A DNA stretch of 64,000 bases, taken from positions 1,248,001 through 1,312,000 of the forward strand of contig OZ252098.1 of assembly GCA_965248355.1 (NCBI GenBank), in the 5' to 3' direction. This DNA comes from Candidatus Latescibacterota bacterium (lineage in GTDB: Bacteria > Latescibacterota > UBA2968 > UBA8231). Below the pieces are notes generated by a model that worked only from the letters and a program-made list of their open reading frames with translations, was not told the DNA's origin and did no database searches. Both the position numbers and the translations under genes were made by a program. Within the stretch, counting starts at the first letter, position 1; every line of letters begins with the position of its first letter. Positions 52,796 to 62,281 of this stretch are shown in pieces.

Positions 52796-53821
52796 TCAGA
52801 ACACTCCCGTCCGCGATTCGTACCGCGTCGGTTTCCCGTGGCTCACGCCGCCGATCTCGACCCAGTGGGCCATCCACTCGACGACCGTGTCGATGGAAGT
52901 CTCGGGAGGCCCCAGCCGCTCCCTGAGGGCGGAGCTGTCGCCGAGGAGGGCGGTCTCCCCCTCCTGCCCCACAAACCGCGGCTTCCGGCCGAACAACTCG
53001 CCGAAGCGCTGCGCCAGACGGCGCACCGAGAGCACCTCCGATCCGGTCACGTTCAACGTCGCGGGGGGGTTCGTGCACAGGGAGAAGGACCGGGCCAGAT
53101 AGGCGTTGGCGTCGCCCTGCCAGATCTGGTTCACATGTCCCATGGCCAGCTCCACCGGTTCCCCGGACCACACCTTCCAGGCGATGTCGTGGAGTATGCC
53201 GTAGCGCAGCTCGGTGGCGTAGAACAGACGCGCGGTGAGCAGACGGGCTCCCGAGGTCCTCGTCGCGTACTCGGCGAGACGCTCGCCGCCGAGGCGGGAC
53301 AGGGCGTACTCCCCGACCGGCTCGACGGGGTCCGACTCCGAGGCGCCGGGGCCGTGGACGGAGGTGAAGGCGTAGACGTTCCCGGAGCTGACATAGCAGA
53401 TCTCGGCCTCGCCATAGCGCTCGACGGCGCGGGCGGGCAGGAGCCCGTTCACCGCCCAGGTGGCCCAGGGATCCCCGCTGGCGCCGAACTTGAAGCCCGC
53501 CAGGAGGAAGACGTGGGCCGCCTCGGGCAGCGTGGCCAGGGCTCCGTCGTCGAGGAGATCGGCGCGGATGGTGGTGACGCCCAGGTCGTCGAGACGGGCA
53601 CGCGCGGCGGCGGCGGAGAAGCGGGCCACGCCGATGACCCTGCGACCCCTTTCGGTGGCTCCCGCGCGGACGAGCAACTCCGCCAGGGTGGGTCCCATCT
53701 TGCCGCCGACGCCGAGGAGGATCACGTCGCCGCCGTACCGCGACACGGCGTCGCGCACCGCCGGCGTGGGCCGGGTCATGGCCTGGATCAGTTCCTCCTC
53801 GGTATGCGGCGGGTGTGCCAT
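52796..53821 (-). CDS. NAD-dependent epimerase/dehydratase
   Basis: 'LGVGGKMG', 'SSGNVY', 'GEYALSRLGGE', 'NQIWQGDAN'. Confidence 0.8.
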   Translation of the reverse strand: MAHPPHTEEELIQAMTRPTPAVRDAVSRYGGDVILLGVGGKMGPTLAELLVRAGATERGRRVIGVARFSAAAARARLDDLGVTTIRADLLDDGALATLPEAAHVFLLAGFKFGASGDPWATWAVNGLLPARAVERYGEAEICYVSSGNVYAFTSVHGPGASESDPVEPVGEYALSRLGGERLAEYATRTSGARLLTARLFYATELRYGILHDIAWKVWSGEPVELAMGHVNQIWQGDANAYLARSFSLCTNPPATLNVTGSEVLSVRRLAQRFGELFGRKPRFVGQEGETALLGDSSALRERLGPPETSIDTVVEWMAHWVEIGGVSHGKPTRYESRTGVF

Positions 53822-53840
53822 CCCCTTGCAGCCCTTCGCG

Positions 53841-53869
53841 TTGTGAGTCCCTTCCGAGCCTTCTATCTT
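53841..53869 (+). promoter_or_regulatory. putative rarA promoter
   Basis: TTGTGA-17 nt-TATCTT. Confidence 0.5.
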
Positions 53870-53904
53870 ACGGCCCCCCGCCAATGCGGTCGAGAGACTC
53901 CCCT

Positions 53905-56175
53905 ATGTCGGATCCCCAACGAAAGCCGCCGTCACGCAAGTCCCTCGATCTGTTCGAGGCGGGCCGGCGGGATGCCCTCGAGCGCGATCAGCCCCTGGCG
54001 GCGCGCCTGCGTCCGCGCACGCTCGACGAGTTCGTGGGCCAGAACCACATCCTGGGGCCCGGCCGCCTCCTGAGGCGCGCCATCCAGGCCGACCAGCTCT
54101 CCTCCCTGATCTTCCACGGGCCTCCCGGTACCGGCAAGACGACGCTCGCCCACGTCATCGCCCACACGACGAAGTCCCACTTCATCTCCATCAACGCCGT
54201 CCTCTCCGGGGTCGCCGACATCCGCCGCGCCGTGGAGGAGGCCCAGGAACGGCGCCAGCTCCACGGCCACAGGACGACCTTGTTCATCGACGAGGTCCAC
54301 CGGTTCAACAAGGCGCAGCAGGACGCGCTGCTGCCCTGGGTCGAGAACGGCACGGTCGTGCTGATCGGGGCGACGACGGAGAACCCGTACTTCTCGGTCA
54401 ACCGGCCCCTCGTGTCGCGCAGCCGCCTCTTCCAGCTCCGCGAGCTCGAGGCCGGGGACCTGCGCCGCATCGCCCACCAGGCCCTTGACGACCCCCGGGG
54501 ATACGCCGACCGCCAGGTGAATCTCCACGAGGATGCTCTGGCCCACCTCGTCGATGTCTGCAGCGGCGACGGCCGGACCCTGCTCAACGCCCTCGAGCTG
54601 GCGGTGGAGACGACCCCGAAGGACGCAGCCGGGGTGATCCACATCGACCTGGCGGTCGCCGAGGAATCGATCCAGCAGCGGGCCGTCCTCTACGACAAGG
54701 AGGGGGACTACCACTTCGATACGATCTCGGCCCTGATCAAGTCCCTGCGCGGATCCGATCCCGACGCCGCCGTGTACTGGCTGGCGCGGATGGTCTACGC
54801 CGGCGAGGATCCCCAGTTCCTGTTCCGGCGCATGCTGGTCTTCGCCAGCGAGGACGTGGGCCTGGCGGACCCCGAAGCCCTGCGGGTGGTCAACACCGCG
54901 GCCCAGGCCTTCGACCGGGTCGGCCTGCCCGAGGGCCGGTTCCACCTCGCCCAGGCCGCCCTCTACCTGGCGACGGCTCCGAAGAGCAACTCCACCTTCG
55001 CCTTCTTCGACGCCCTGGCCGCCGTCGAGGCCGAGGGTGACGGCGAGGTTCCGAACCCGCTGAAGGACGCCAACCGGGACGCGGAGGGGTTCGGACACGG
55101 GGCCGGCTACCTGTATCCCCACGCCTACCGCGACCACTGGGTGGCGCAGCAGTACCTGCCCGACAGCCTCAGCGGGCGCCTGTTCTACCAGCCTTCCGAT
55201 CAGGGGTTCGAAGGCGCCCTCGGCGATCGCGTCCGCCGCCACCGCGAGCTGCAACTGGCCGCGGCGGCGGAGGCCGACACCAGCGGTCTCGAGCCCCTCA
55301 CCCACTCCCCCGGGGAACGGACCCGCGACCAGTGGCTCGTGCGCGCCGCCGGGGAGGTCAGCGCCCAGCTGGGCCATGTGCGAGAGCGGCTCTTCGCCGC
55401 GGTGAAGCTCGCGCGCCATCACGTCGTCCTGGACCTGGATGCGGCCTCGGGGCTGCTGACCTGGGAGGCCTTGCGCCGAGTCCCGGAGGGCGGCGTCTGG
55501 TCCCTGTGCACGGACCGCACATCGACCGTCGCCCTGCGGGAGATGGCAAGCCATTCCCTCGACGAGTTGAACCGCCCCGTGGTCATGGAAGGTCCCGTCA
55601 CCCGGGTGGCGGAGCTGGTGCGGCTGCAGGACGAGGACCTGCGCTTCGATGCCGTCGTCGGCCGCAATTCCCTCGGGAGTCTGGCCGACCGGGAGCCGGC
55701 GGCGCGGCGGGTCGTGGAGCTCCTCGCTCCGGGGGCGGTCCTCAGCCTTGCGGAGACGGTCCCCCGCCTCGGCCAGCGGCTGACGGCTCTGGTGCCGCTG
55801 ACGGATCTCGGCGAGGAGCTGGCCGGGCGCCTCCTCCGCGCCGAGGAGGAGATCTACCAGGACGAGCAGAATCCCCGCGTCGCCTGGGAAGCGGCCGACC
55901 TGCAGCGACTGTGGTCGGAGGCCGGACTGACCTCGGTGCGAGTCGAGACCGAGGTGCTCACCGCCTCGCGGCGTCTCGTCAGCCGGGACCTCGGAAGGTG
56001 GTTCAACCCGGGAGGGGAGAAGCACGGCACCTTCGCCGCCTACCTGCGCCGTCACCTCGCCGACGGCGAGGTCCGCCACGTGCGGCGACTCTTCGAGGAG
56101 AGGCTGATGAACCGGGAGGTCGACTGGGCGACGACCTACGCCTACGTCACCGGCCGGGCCCGCGGGGAGCCCTGA
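53905..56175 (+). CDS. rarA: replication-associated recombination protein RarA/MgsA with C-terminal SAM-methyltransferase-like domain
   Basis: 'PLAARLRP', 'GPPGTGKTTLA', 'DEVHRFNKAQQDALLP', 'GATTENP', 'KSLRGSDPDAA', 'YLYPH'; extra domain 'VVLDLDAASGLL...FDAVVGRN'. Confidence 0.92.
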   Translation: MSDPQRKPPSRKSLDLFEAGRRDALERDQPLAARLRPRTLDEFVGQNHILGPGRLLRRAIQADQLSSLIFHGPPGTGKTTLAHVIAHTTKSHFISINAVLSGVADIRRAVEEAQERRQLHGHRTTLFIDEVHRFNKAQQDALLPWVENGTVVLIGATTENPYFSVNRPLVSRSRLFQLRELEAGDLRRIAHQALDDPRGYADRQVNLHEDALAHLVDVCSGDGRTLLNALELAVETTPKDAAGVIHIDLAVAEESIQQRAVLYDKEGDYHFDTISALIKSLRGSDPDAAVYWLARMVYAGEDPQFLFRRMLVFASEDVGLADPEALRVVNTAAQAFDRVGLPEGRFHLAQAALYLATAPKSNSTFAFFDALAAVEAEGDGEVPNPLKDANRDAEGFGHGAGYLYPHAYRDHWVAQQYLPDSLSGRLFYQPSDQGFEGALGDRVRRHRELQLAAAAEADTSGLEPLTHSPGERTRDQWLVRAAGEVSAQLGHVRERLFAAVKLARHHVVLDLDAASGLLTWEALRRVPEGGVWSLCTDRTSTVALREMASHSLDELNRPVVMEGPVTRVAELVRLQDEDLRFDAVVGRNSLGSLADREPAARRVVELLAPGAVLSLAETVPRLGQRLTALVPLTDLGEELAGRLLRAEEEIYQDEQNPRVAWEAADLQRLWSEAGLTSVRVETEVLTASRRLVSRDLGRWFNPGGEKHGTFAAYLRRHLADGEVRHVRRLFEERLMNREVDWATTYAYVTGRARGEP

Positions 56176-56772
56176 TCACAGGCCGCCGGCGCCGAGGCCA
56201 TCCCCCTCCTGCACCTTGTCGAGCAGCGCCCCGGCCTCCTGCCGCAGGCCGTCGAAGCGCCGCAGGAGGTCGCCCGCGCCGCCGCCCTGCTGATCGAAGA
56301 ACTCCAGGAAGTGATCGGGCAGCACGGGCAGCACCTCCTCCAGCAGCACGTAGACCAATGGAGCCGTGCGGATCCCGGCCAACCAGGCCGCGCCTTCCGG
56401 CAGATAGCGGCCCACGAGCAGCACCACCACCATCAGCACCTGGACGCCGACCAGCACCCCCAGCAGGGCGCCCAGCAGACGGTCGACCACGCCCAGGAAA
56501 AGGCCGTAGACGGCGCTCCGCAGGACCCGGGCGAGCAGGTTGACGGACAGGGCGACGGCCACGAAGACGACGGTGAAAGCGGCCACCAGGCGCAGCACAG
56601 GATGCCCGAAGGAAGGCATCAAGGCGGCCGCGGCGCTGTGCAGGTAGAGACCCCCTACCAGCCCCAGGGCGACCGCCAGGAGGGCCGAAACCTGCTGGAT
56701 CAGGCCGCGCCCGTACCCGCGTACGGCCAGGGCGATGAGAAGGAGCGCTGCGACTGCGTCGAACCAGTGCAT
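56176..56772 (-). CDS. cvpA: CvpA family membrane protein
   Basis: 'WFD...RGYGRGLI', 'VDRLLGALLG', four TM segments. Confidence 0.85.
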   Translation of the reverse strand: MHWFDAVAALLLIALAVRGYGRGLIQQVSALLAVALGLVGGLYLHSAAAALMPSFGHPVLRLVAAFTVVFVAVALSVNLLARVLRSAVYGLFLGVVDRLLGALLGVLVGVQVLMVVVLLVGRYLPEGAAWLAGIRTAPLVYVLLEEVLPVLPDHFLEFFDQQGGGAGDLLRRFDGLRQEAGALLDKVQEGDGLGAGGL

Positions 56773-56808
56773 CCGTCGAGTACCCCCGGCCCCGTGGGTA
56801 GGGGAAGG

Positions 56809-56838
56809 TTGCCACCTCCAGCCGGGGCGCAATAGATT
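56809..56838 (+). promoter_or_regulatory. putative promoter (transcript probably leaderless) for the HEAT gene
   Basis: TTGCCA-18 nt-TAGATT, 8 nt before ATG 56847. Confidence 0.5.
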
Positions 56839-56846
56839 AGCCGCCC

Positions 56847-58115
56847 ATGCCGATTGCCATCAACAAGGTACGCTTCAACATAGGCTCCCCGCATCGCTTC
56901 GGCGCAAAGGCCTGGAGCCGGGGGCTGTTCTGGGTTGTCCCCGCCGCCCTGTGCGCCTGTTCGACAACGGAGGAGCAGGTTCGCCAGCACATCGAGGTCG
57001 CCGCCGCCAACGAGGTCCACTCGGAACGCTGGACCGCGGCCGTCGACGAGCTCGCCGCCATCGGCCGTCCCGGCGCGCGCCAGCTTCTGGCTCTCCTCGA
57101 TCCGGCGCTCTACCGCGGCGTCGACTACCGCGAGTTCCGGGACGAGATCGAGAACACGCGCACCGCGGCCGCCGTGGTGCTGGGCCGGATCCGGCACAAG
57201 GCGGCCTCGGCCAGCATGCACGCCCGGATCACCACCGCCTACCGCCACAACGAGCGCGTCGCCTGCCTGCGCGGGGTCGGCGACCTGGGCTTCACGGAAG
57301 CGGCGGTGACGAACCTCAAGGCGCAGCTGGCCGACGCCGATCCCGTGATCCGGCTGCTGGCCGCCGTGGCCCTGGTCAAGATCGGCGAGATGTCGGCCCG
57401 GGACCCGATCGTCGCCGCCGTCGTCGACGGGGGCGACGAACTCGCGGAGATGGCGATCGAGGAGCTCGAGGGCGCCAACTACCACGGGGTGCCCATCCTC
57501 GTCGATCTGCTGGCGCGGCAGGAGGGCCGCCGCGAACGGCTCTCACGGGCCCTGGGAATGATCAGGGAGCAACTGGTGCGGCAGCTCGATGACGACGACC
57601 CGGAGATACGCCGGGAATCGGCGGCCGGCCTGGGAGAAATCGCCGATCCCATGGTCGTCGAGCCCCTGCTTCGCATGCTGGAGGACCCCAGCAACCTGGT
57701 GCGCTTCAACGCCGCCGCCGCCCTGGTGCGGCTCGGCGACCGGCGCGGCACGGAATTCCTCTTCGGCGCCCTGGACCATACCGATGCGGTCCTGCGTCTG
57801 AACGCCATCAAGTCCCTGGTCCGCCTGCAGCAGGTGTCCCGCCAGGTCGAGGGCCGCCTCCTGGAGTGCCTGCGGTCGGACAGCCCGCGGCTCCGTTCCG
57901 GGGCGGCGCAGATCCTCGGCCAGGCGAAGGTGGCCTCGGCCGTGGACGAACTGCTGTCGACGGCGGACGACGCCAACCCCGAGGTGCGCTGCAACGTGGT
58001 CGTCGCCCTCGGTCACATCGCTGCGCCGGCCAGCCGCGCCACCCTGGAACGGCTGGCGGGGGACGCGGACGAGACCGTCGCCTACTACGCCGGGTGGGCC
58101 CTGGAGCAGCTCTGA
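56847..58115 (+). CDS. HEAT-repeat protein, probable lipoprotein
   Basis: 'LCAC' lipobox-like; repeats 'IRRESAAGLG', 'VRFNAAAALV', 'LRSGAAQILG', 'VRCNVVVALG'. Confidence 0.8.
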   Translation: MPIAINKVRFNIGSPHRFGAKAWSRGLFWVVPAALCACSTTEEQVRQHIEVAAANEVHSERWTAAVDELAAIGRPGARQLLALLDPALYRGVDYREFRDEIENTRTAAAVVLGRIRHKAASASMHARITTAYRHNERVACLRGVGDLGFTEAAVTNLKAQLADADPVIRLLAAVALVKIGEMSARDPIVAAVVDGGDELAEMAIEELEGANYHGVPILVDLLARQEGRRERLSRALGMIREQLVRQLDDDDPEIRRESAAGLGEIADPMVVEPLLRMLEDPSNLVRFNAAAALVRLGDRRGTEFLFGALDHTDAVLRLNAIKSLVRLQQVSRQVEGRLLECLRSDSPRLRSGAAQILGQAKVASAVDELLSTADDANPEVRCNVVVALGHIAAPASRATLERLAGDADETVAYYAGWALEQL

Positions 58116-59092
58116 TGCGACGGCGCTGGTGGAAGATCCTCCTGCGGTCCCCCGCCGCCCTGCTGGCCCTCTCCGTGCCGGCTACCGTGGCCCCCCTCCC
58201 CGCGTCGGAGACGGCGGAGACGGTGCTCATCCGCCAGATCCTGGAGAAGGACCGCTTCGGCCGCCGTCGAGGCGACGCCGAGAGCGTCACCCACGGGTAC
58301 GACAGGGACCGCTTCGTCGTCTATGACGGCGCCGGGTCGATCGATGCCCGCGCCTGGACCGTCCGCTACTCCTCGCTGGACGAGTACCAGGCCTTTCTCG
58401 AAGCGGACCTGGCGGCGAACCGATACGACATCTCCCGGGCTGTCCTCTACCTCAACGTCTGGAAGAACCAGGCCTACGCCACAACCCTCGACTCCGGAAT
58501 GGTCATCGACCGCGCCGGCGACAGCCGGCGCGACTTCGTCCAGCGCACCCTGTGGGCCTTCCGCAAGGAAGACGAGGAGTGGAGGGCTACGAGCCTCGTC
58601 GTCGCCATCGGCGACAGTGCCGACGGAGGCGCCGCCGCCGGCCGTGTGGAGGATCGGGACGTGGCCGCCGCCCTGCAGGAGGACGCCCGGAACTGGTCCG
58701 AGGGCGGCCCTGGAGACATTCTTCGCGGGGTGGAGGAGGACTTCGTCGGAATCGACTGCTATGGCAGCTCGAACGCGGCCGCCTGGCTCACCGTGTTCGC
58801 CGACCGCGACGAGTTCGCCAAGTGGCTGGAGCAGCGCCTCGAGAACGTGGACTACCACGTGGAGCGCACCCTGCTCCACGCCGTCAGTCGGGGGGACGAG
58901 GCCGTGGCCGTGACCCGCGATCGGATCACGGCGACCTACCGGGCCGGGGAGGCCCGCATCGAGCAGGACCGGGTCTGCGCCTGGTTGCTGACGCGCACCG
59001 ACGGGCGCTGGCGGATCACCTCCGCCTGGTGGAAGGCCAAGCCCTTCGGTCCGGCCGGCGGTCCCGGAGGGGACGCCACGGCCCAGCGCTGA
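58115..59092 (+). CDS. secreted protein with two tandem NTF2/SnoaL-like domains
   Basis: TGATG coupling; signal peptide; internal duplication ('AWTVRYSSLDEYQAFLE' vs 'AWLTVFADRDEFAKWLE'; 'RKEDEEWR' vs 'RTDGRWRI'). Confidence 0.65.
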   Translation: MRRRWWKILLRSPAALLALSVPATVAPLPASETAETVLIRQILEKDRFGRRRGDAESVTHGYDRDRFVVYDGAGSIDARAWTVRYSSLDEYQAFLEADLAANRYDISRAVLYLNVWKNQAYATTLDSGMVIDRAGDSRRDFVQRTLWAFRKEDEEWRATSLVVAIGDSADGGAAAGRVEDRDVAAALQEDARNWSEGGPGDILRGVEEDFVGIDCYGSSNAAAWLTVFADRDEFAKWLEQRLENVDYHVERTLLHAVSRGDEAVAVTRDRITATYRAGEARIEQDRVCAWLLTRTDGRWRITSAWWKAKPFGPAGGPGGDATAQR

Positions 59093-59127
59093 CCCTTCCG
59101 GTCATCCCGCTCCGCCGGAGCCCCCCG

Positions 59128-60372
59128 GTGTCCGACCGCATCAACAACTACGAGAACACGAACCGCCTGTTTGACAAGGGCGCCGACGCCGTCGGCCTGG
59201 ACGACGATCTCCGCCTGCTGCTGAAGACGCCCTTTCGCGAGGTGAAGGTCGAGGTGCCGGTGCGCATGTCGAACGGGCGGATCGAGGTCTTCCTGGGCTA
59301 CCGCGTGCAGCACAGCGGCGCCCGCGGGCCGATGAAGGGCGGCCTGCGCTACCACCCCGAGGTCGACCTCGACGAGGTCCGGTCCCTGGCCTCGCTGATG
59401 ACCTGGAAGACGGCCCTCCTGGACCTGCCCTTCGGCGGCGCCAAGGGCGGGATCACTTGCGATCCTCTGCAGATGAACGAAGACGAACTCGAACACATGA
59501 CGCGACGGTTCACGTCGCGCATGGGACTTGCCTGGGGACTGCACCGGGACATCCCCGCGCCGGACCTGAACACCGACCAGCGCGTGATGGCCTGGATCAT
59601 GGACGAGTACAGCCAGCACTACGGGTACACCCCCGGGATCGTCACCGGCAAGCCGCTGGCCCTCGGCGGCTCCCCCGGCCGGGAGGCGGCCACCGGACGA
59701 GGCGTCAGCATCGCCACGCGGGAGGCGGCCCGGGACTTCCGGATCGAGCTGAAGGGCGCGCGGGTGGCCATCCAGGGGTTCGGGAACGTCGGCTCCCACG
59801 CCGCCAGGTTCCTGCACGAGATGGGCGCCCGGATCGTCGCCGTGAGCGACCTCGGGGGCGGTCTCTTCGCCGGCGATGGCCTCCCCGTCCCCGACCTCTT
59901 CGACCATGCCCGCGAGCACCGCACGATCCAGGGCTTCGCCCGGGGGGAGAGCATCTCGAACGCGGACCTGCTCACCCTCGATTGCGACATCCTGATCCCC
60001 GCCGCCCTCGGCGGCGCCATCACCCGGGAGAATGCCCGCCAGGTCCAGGCCTCGATGGTCGTGGAGGCGGCCAACTCGCCGGTGACGACCGCCGCAGACT
60101 CGATCCTCGAAGAACGGGGAATCCACGTCGTTCCAGACATCCTGGCCAACGCCGGCGGGGTCACCGTCTCGTACTTCGAGTGGGTGCAGAACATTCAGGC
60201 CCTGGCCTGGGAGGAAGCGGAGGTCAACGCGCGGCTCGAGCGCATGATGACCCGGGCCTACCGGAGCGTGGTGGAGCGCATGCGGTCCGGAGCCATCCCC
60301 ATGCGCACAGCCGCCTTCGCCCTGGCCATCGAGCGCGTAGCCGAGACGGAAACTCTCAGAGGCGGATTCTAA
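59128..60372 (+). CDS. gdhA: Glu/Leu/Phe/Val dehydrogenase (glutamate dehydrogenase-like)
   Basis: 'GYRVQH', 'KGGLRYHP', 'GGAKGG', 'DIPAPD', 'QGFGNVG', 'PDILANAGGVTVSYFEW'; GGAG before GTG 59128. Confidence 0.9.
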   Translation: MSDRINNYENTNRLFDKGADAVGLDDDLRLLLKTPFREVKVEVPVRMSNGRIEVFLGYRVQHSGARGPMKGGLRYHPEVDLDEVRSLASLMTWKTALLDLPFGGAKGGITCDPLQMNEDELEHMTRRFTSRMGLAWGLHRDIPAPDLNTDQRVMAWIMDEYSQHYGYTPGIVTGKPLALGGSPGREAATGRGVSIATREAARDFRIELKGARVAIQGFGNVGSHAARFLHEMGARIVAVSDLGGGLFAGDGLPVPDLFDHAREHRTIQGFARGESISNADLLTLDCDILIPAALGGAITRENARQVQASMVVEAANSPVTTAADSILEERGIHVVPDILANAGGVTVSYFEWVQNIQALAWEEAEVNARLERMMTRAYRSVVERMRSGAIPMRTAAFALAIERVAETETLRGGF

Positions 60373-60391
60373 GCGGAAGGGCTGGCAGGCC

Positions 60392-62281
60392 GTGGAAAAG
60401 CTCGCATGGCTCGCGGTGTTCACACTGGGATACTGGACCTACTGCATCTACTGGGGCGTCCGGGGCGCCCGCCAGGCGCGCACCGCGAGCGACTACTTCA
60501 TCGCCGGGCGCACCATCGGCCTGTGGGTCTTCGTCCTCGCTGCCACGGCCACCTCGTTCTCGGGCTGGACCTTCGTCGGCCACCCGGGCACGATCTTCAA
60601 CGTCGGCCTGCCCTACGCCTTCGCCTCGTTCTACGCCATCACCATTCCCTTCACCGGGGTGTTGTTCCTCAAGCGCCAGTGGCTGCTGGGCCGGCGCTAC
60701 GGATACATCACCCCCGGCGAGATGTTCTCCGACTACTACCGCACCGACTGGATGCGCGTGCTCACGGTGCTCGTGGCCATGGTGTTCTCGGTGCCCTATC
60801 TCGGCATCCAGCTGCGCGCCTCCGGGCTGCTGTTCTCCCGCCTCTTGGAGGGCACGCCCCTGGAGCAGAGCTTCCTCGGCTCCATCGAGGGCGGCGCCAT
60901 CCTGCTGTCGGTGGTCGTCTTCGTGTACGTCGCTTCGGGGGGCCTGCGCTCGGTGGCCTACGTGGATTGCGCCCAGTGCGTCCTGCTGGCCCTGGGCATC
61001 ATCGTCCTCGGCTTCGTCGCCCTCGACCTGGTGGGCGGGTGGGCCGCCTTCAAGGAAGGGCTGGCAGGTCTCGCCCTCGTCAAGCCCGACATGGTGGCCA
61101 TCCCCTCCCGGCCGGAGTCCAGCTCCTTCCTGGAACGGGCCGGCACCCTGTTCTGGGGCGCCTCCGGGGGCCCCTGGACGGCGATGATGATCCTGACCTA
61201 CATGTTCGCCCTCATGGGCATCCAGTCGGCCCCGGCCTTCAGCATGTGGGCGTTCTCGAACAAGGACCCCAAGCCCTTCCCCTGGCAGCAGGTCGTGGCC
61301 TCGTCCCTGGCCATCGGCGGCATCCTGTTCTTCTTCACCGCCTTCCAGGGGCTCAGCGGCTCGATCCTGTTCCACGAGATCCTTCCCGGCACCGAGAAGC
61401 TCGGCCTGCCCACGAACGAGGCGGGGAAGCCGCTCACGGATTATCTCGTGCCGTACCTGATCGGCTCCCTCGAGAGCGTGGCGCCGTGGCTGGTGGGCCT
61501 GCTCTGCGTCTGCGCCCTGGCGGCCATGCAGTCCACGGGCGCCGCCTACATGTCGACGGCCAGCGGCATCGTCACCCGCGACCTCTACCGCCACTTCTTC
61601 GCCCGCGACGTCAGCCACCGCGCCCAGGTCCTGGTGGGCCGCCTCACGGTCTTCGTCATCGTCGCCCTGGCCCTGCTGGTGGGCCTGGCCTCCGGCGACC
61701 TGCTCGTGCTGCTCGGCGGGGCGGCCGTGTCCTACGGGTTCCAGATGTGGCCGGCCCTGCTCGGCATCTGCTACCTCCGCTGGTTCACCCCCCAGGGCAT
61801 AGCCTGGGGGCTGGCCGCCGGGATCGCGGCCGTCACCCTGACCTACGTGACCCAGCTGGGCGGGCTCGTCGGGATCGGCCGCTACCCCCTCACCATCCAC
61901 AGCGCCGGCTGGGGGATCCTGGCCAACCTCAGCGTGTGCGTCGTCGTCAGCGCCCTGACCCAGAGCGCGAGCGCGACCCGGCACCGCGCCGGGTACCACG
62001 ACTTCCTGAAGGAGCACACGGCCCTGAGCCCGGACCGGCAGCGCTGGAAGAAGCCGGTGTGGATCTTCACGGTGGTCTGGTTCCTCTTCGCCATCGGACC
62101 CTTCGCCGTGCTCGGCAACGAGGCCGACCCGTCCCGCTGGATCATGGGGATCCCCACCTTGTGGATCTGGCAGATCGTCTGGTGGATCGTCGGCGTGGCA
62201 ATGATGTACCTCCTCGCCTTCAAGCTGGAGATGTCCACCGTGCCCCGTTCCGAAGTCAAGGCGCTGGCCGAATCCGACTGA
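60392..62281 (+). CDS. sodium:solute symporter family protein
   Basis: 'DYFIAGR', 'ATSFSGWTFVG.PG', 'SGGLRSVAY.D', 'ALAAMQST'; about 15 TM segments. Confidence 0.9.
   Translation: MEKLAWLAVFTLGYWTYCIYWGVRGARQARTASDYFIAGRTIGLWVFVLAATATSFSGWTFVGHPGTIFNVGLPYAFASFYAITIPFTGVLFLKRQWLLGRRYGYITPGEMFSDYYRTDWMRVLTVLVAMVFSVPYLGIQLRASGLLFSRLLEGTPLEQSFLGSIEGGAILLSVVVFVYVASGGLRSVAYVDCAQCVLLALGIIVLGFVALDLVGGWAAFKEGLAGLALVKPDMVAIPSRPESSSFLERAGTLFWGASGGPWTAMMILTYMFALMGIQSAPAFSMWAFSNKDPKPFPWQQVVASSLAIGGILFFFTAFQGLSGSILFHEILPGTEKLGLPTNEAGKPLTDYLVPYLIGSLESVAPWLVGLLCVCALAAMQSTGAAYMSTASGIVTRDLYRHFFARDVSHRAQVLVGRLTVFVIVALALLVGLASGDLLVLLGGAAVSYGFQMWPALLGICYLRWFTPQGIAWGLAAGIAAVTLTYVTQLGGLVGIGRYPLTIHSAGWGILANLSVCVVVSALTQSASATRHRAGYHDFLKEHTALSPDRQRWKKPVWIFTVVWFLFAIGPFAVLGNEADPSRWIMGIPTLWIWQIVWWIVGVAMMYLLAFKLEMSTVPRSEVKALAESD

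Noticed and set aside
60406..62277. 1188-aa ORF suggesting a giant NhaC fusion
   Set aside because: The first ~620 codons are an Arg/Pro/Gly-rich off-frame overlap of the SSS gene
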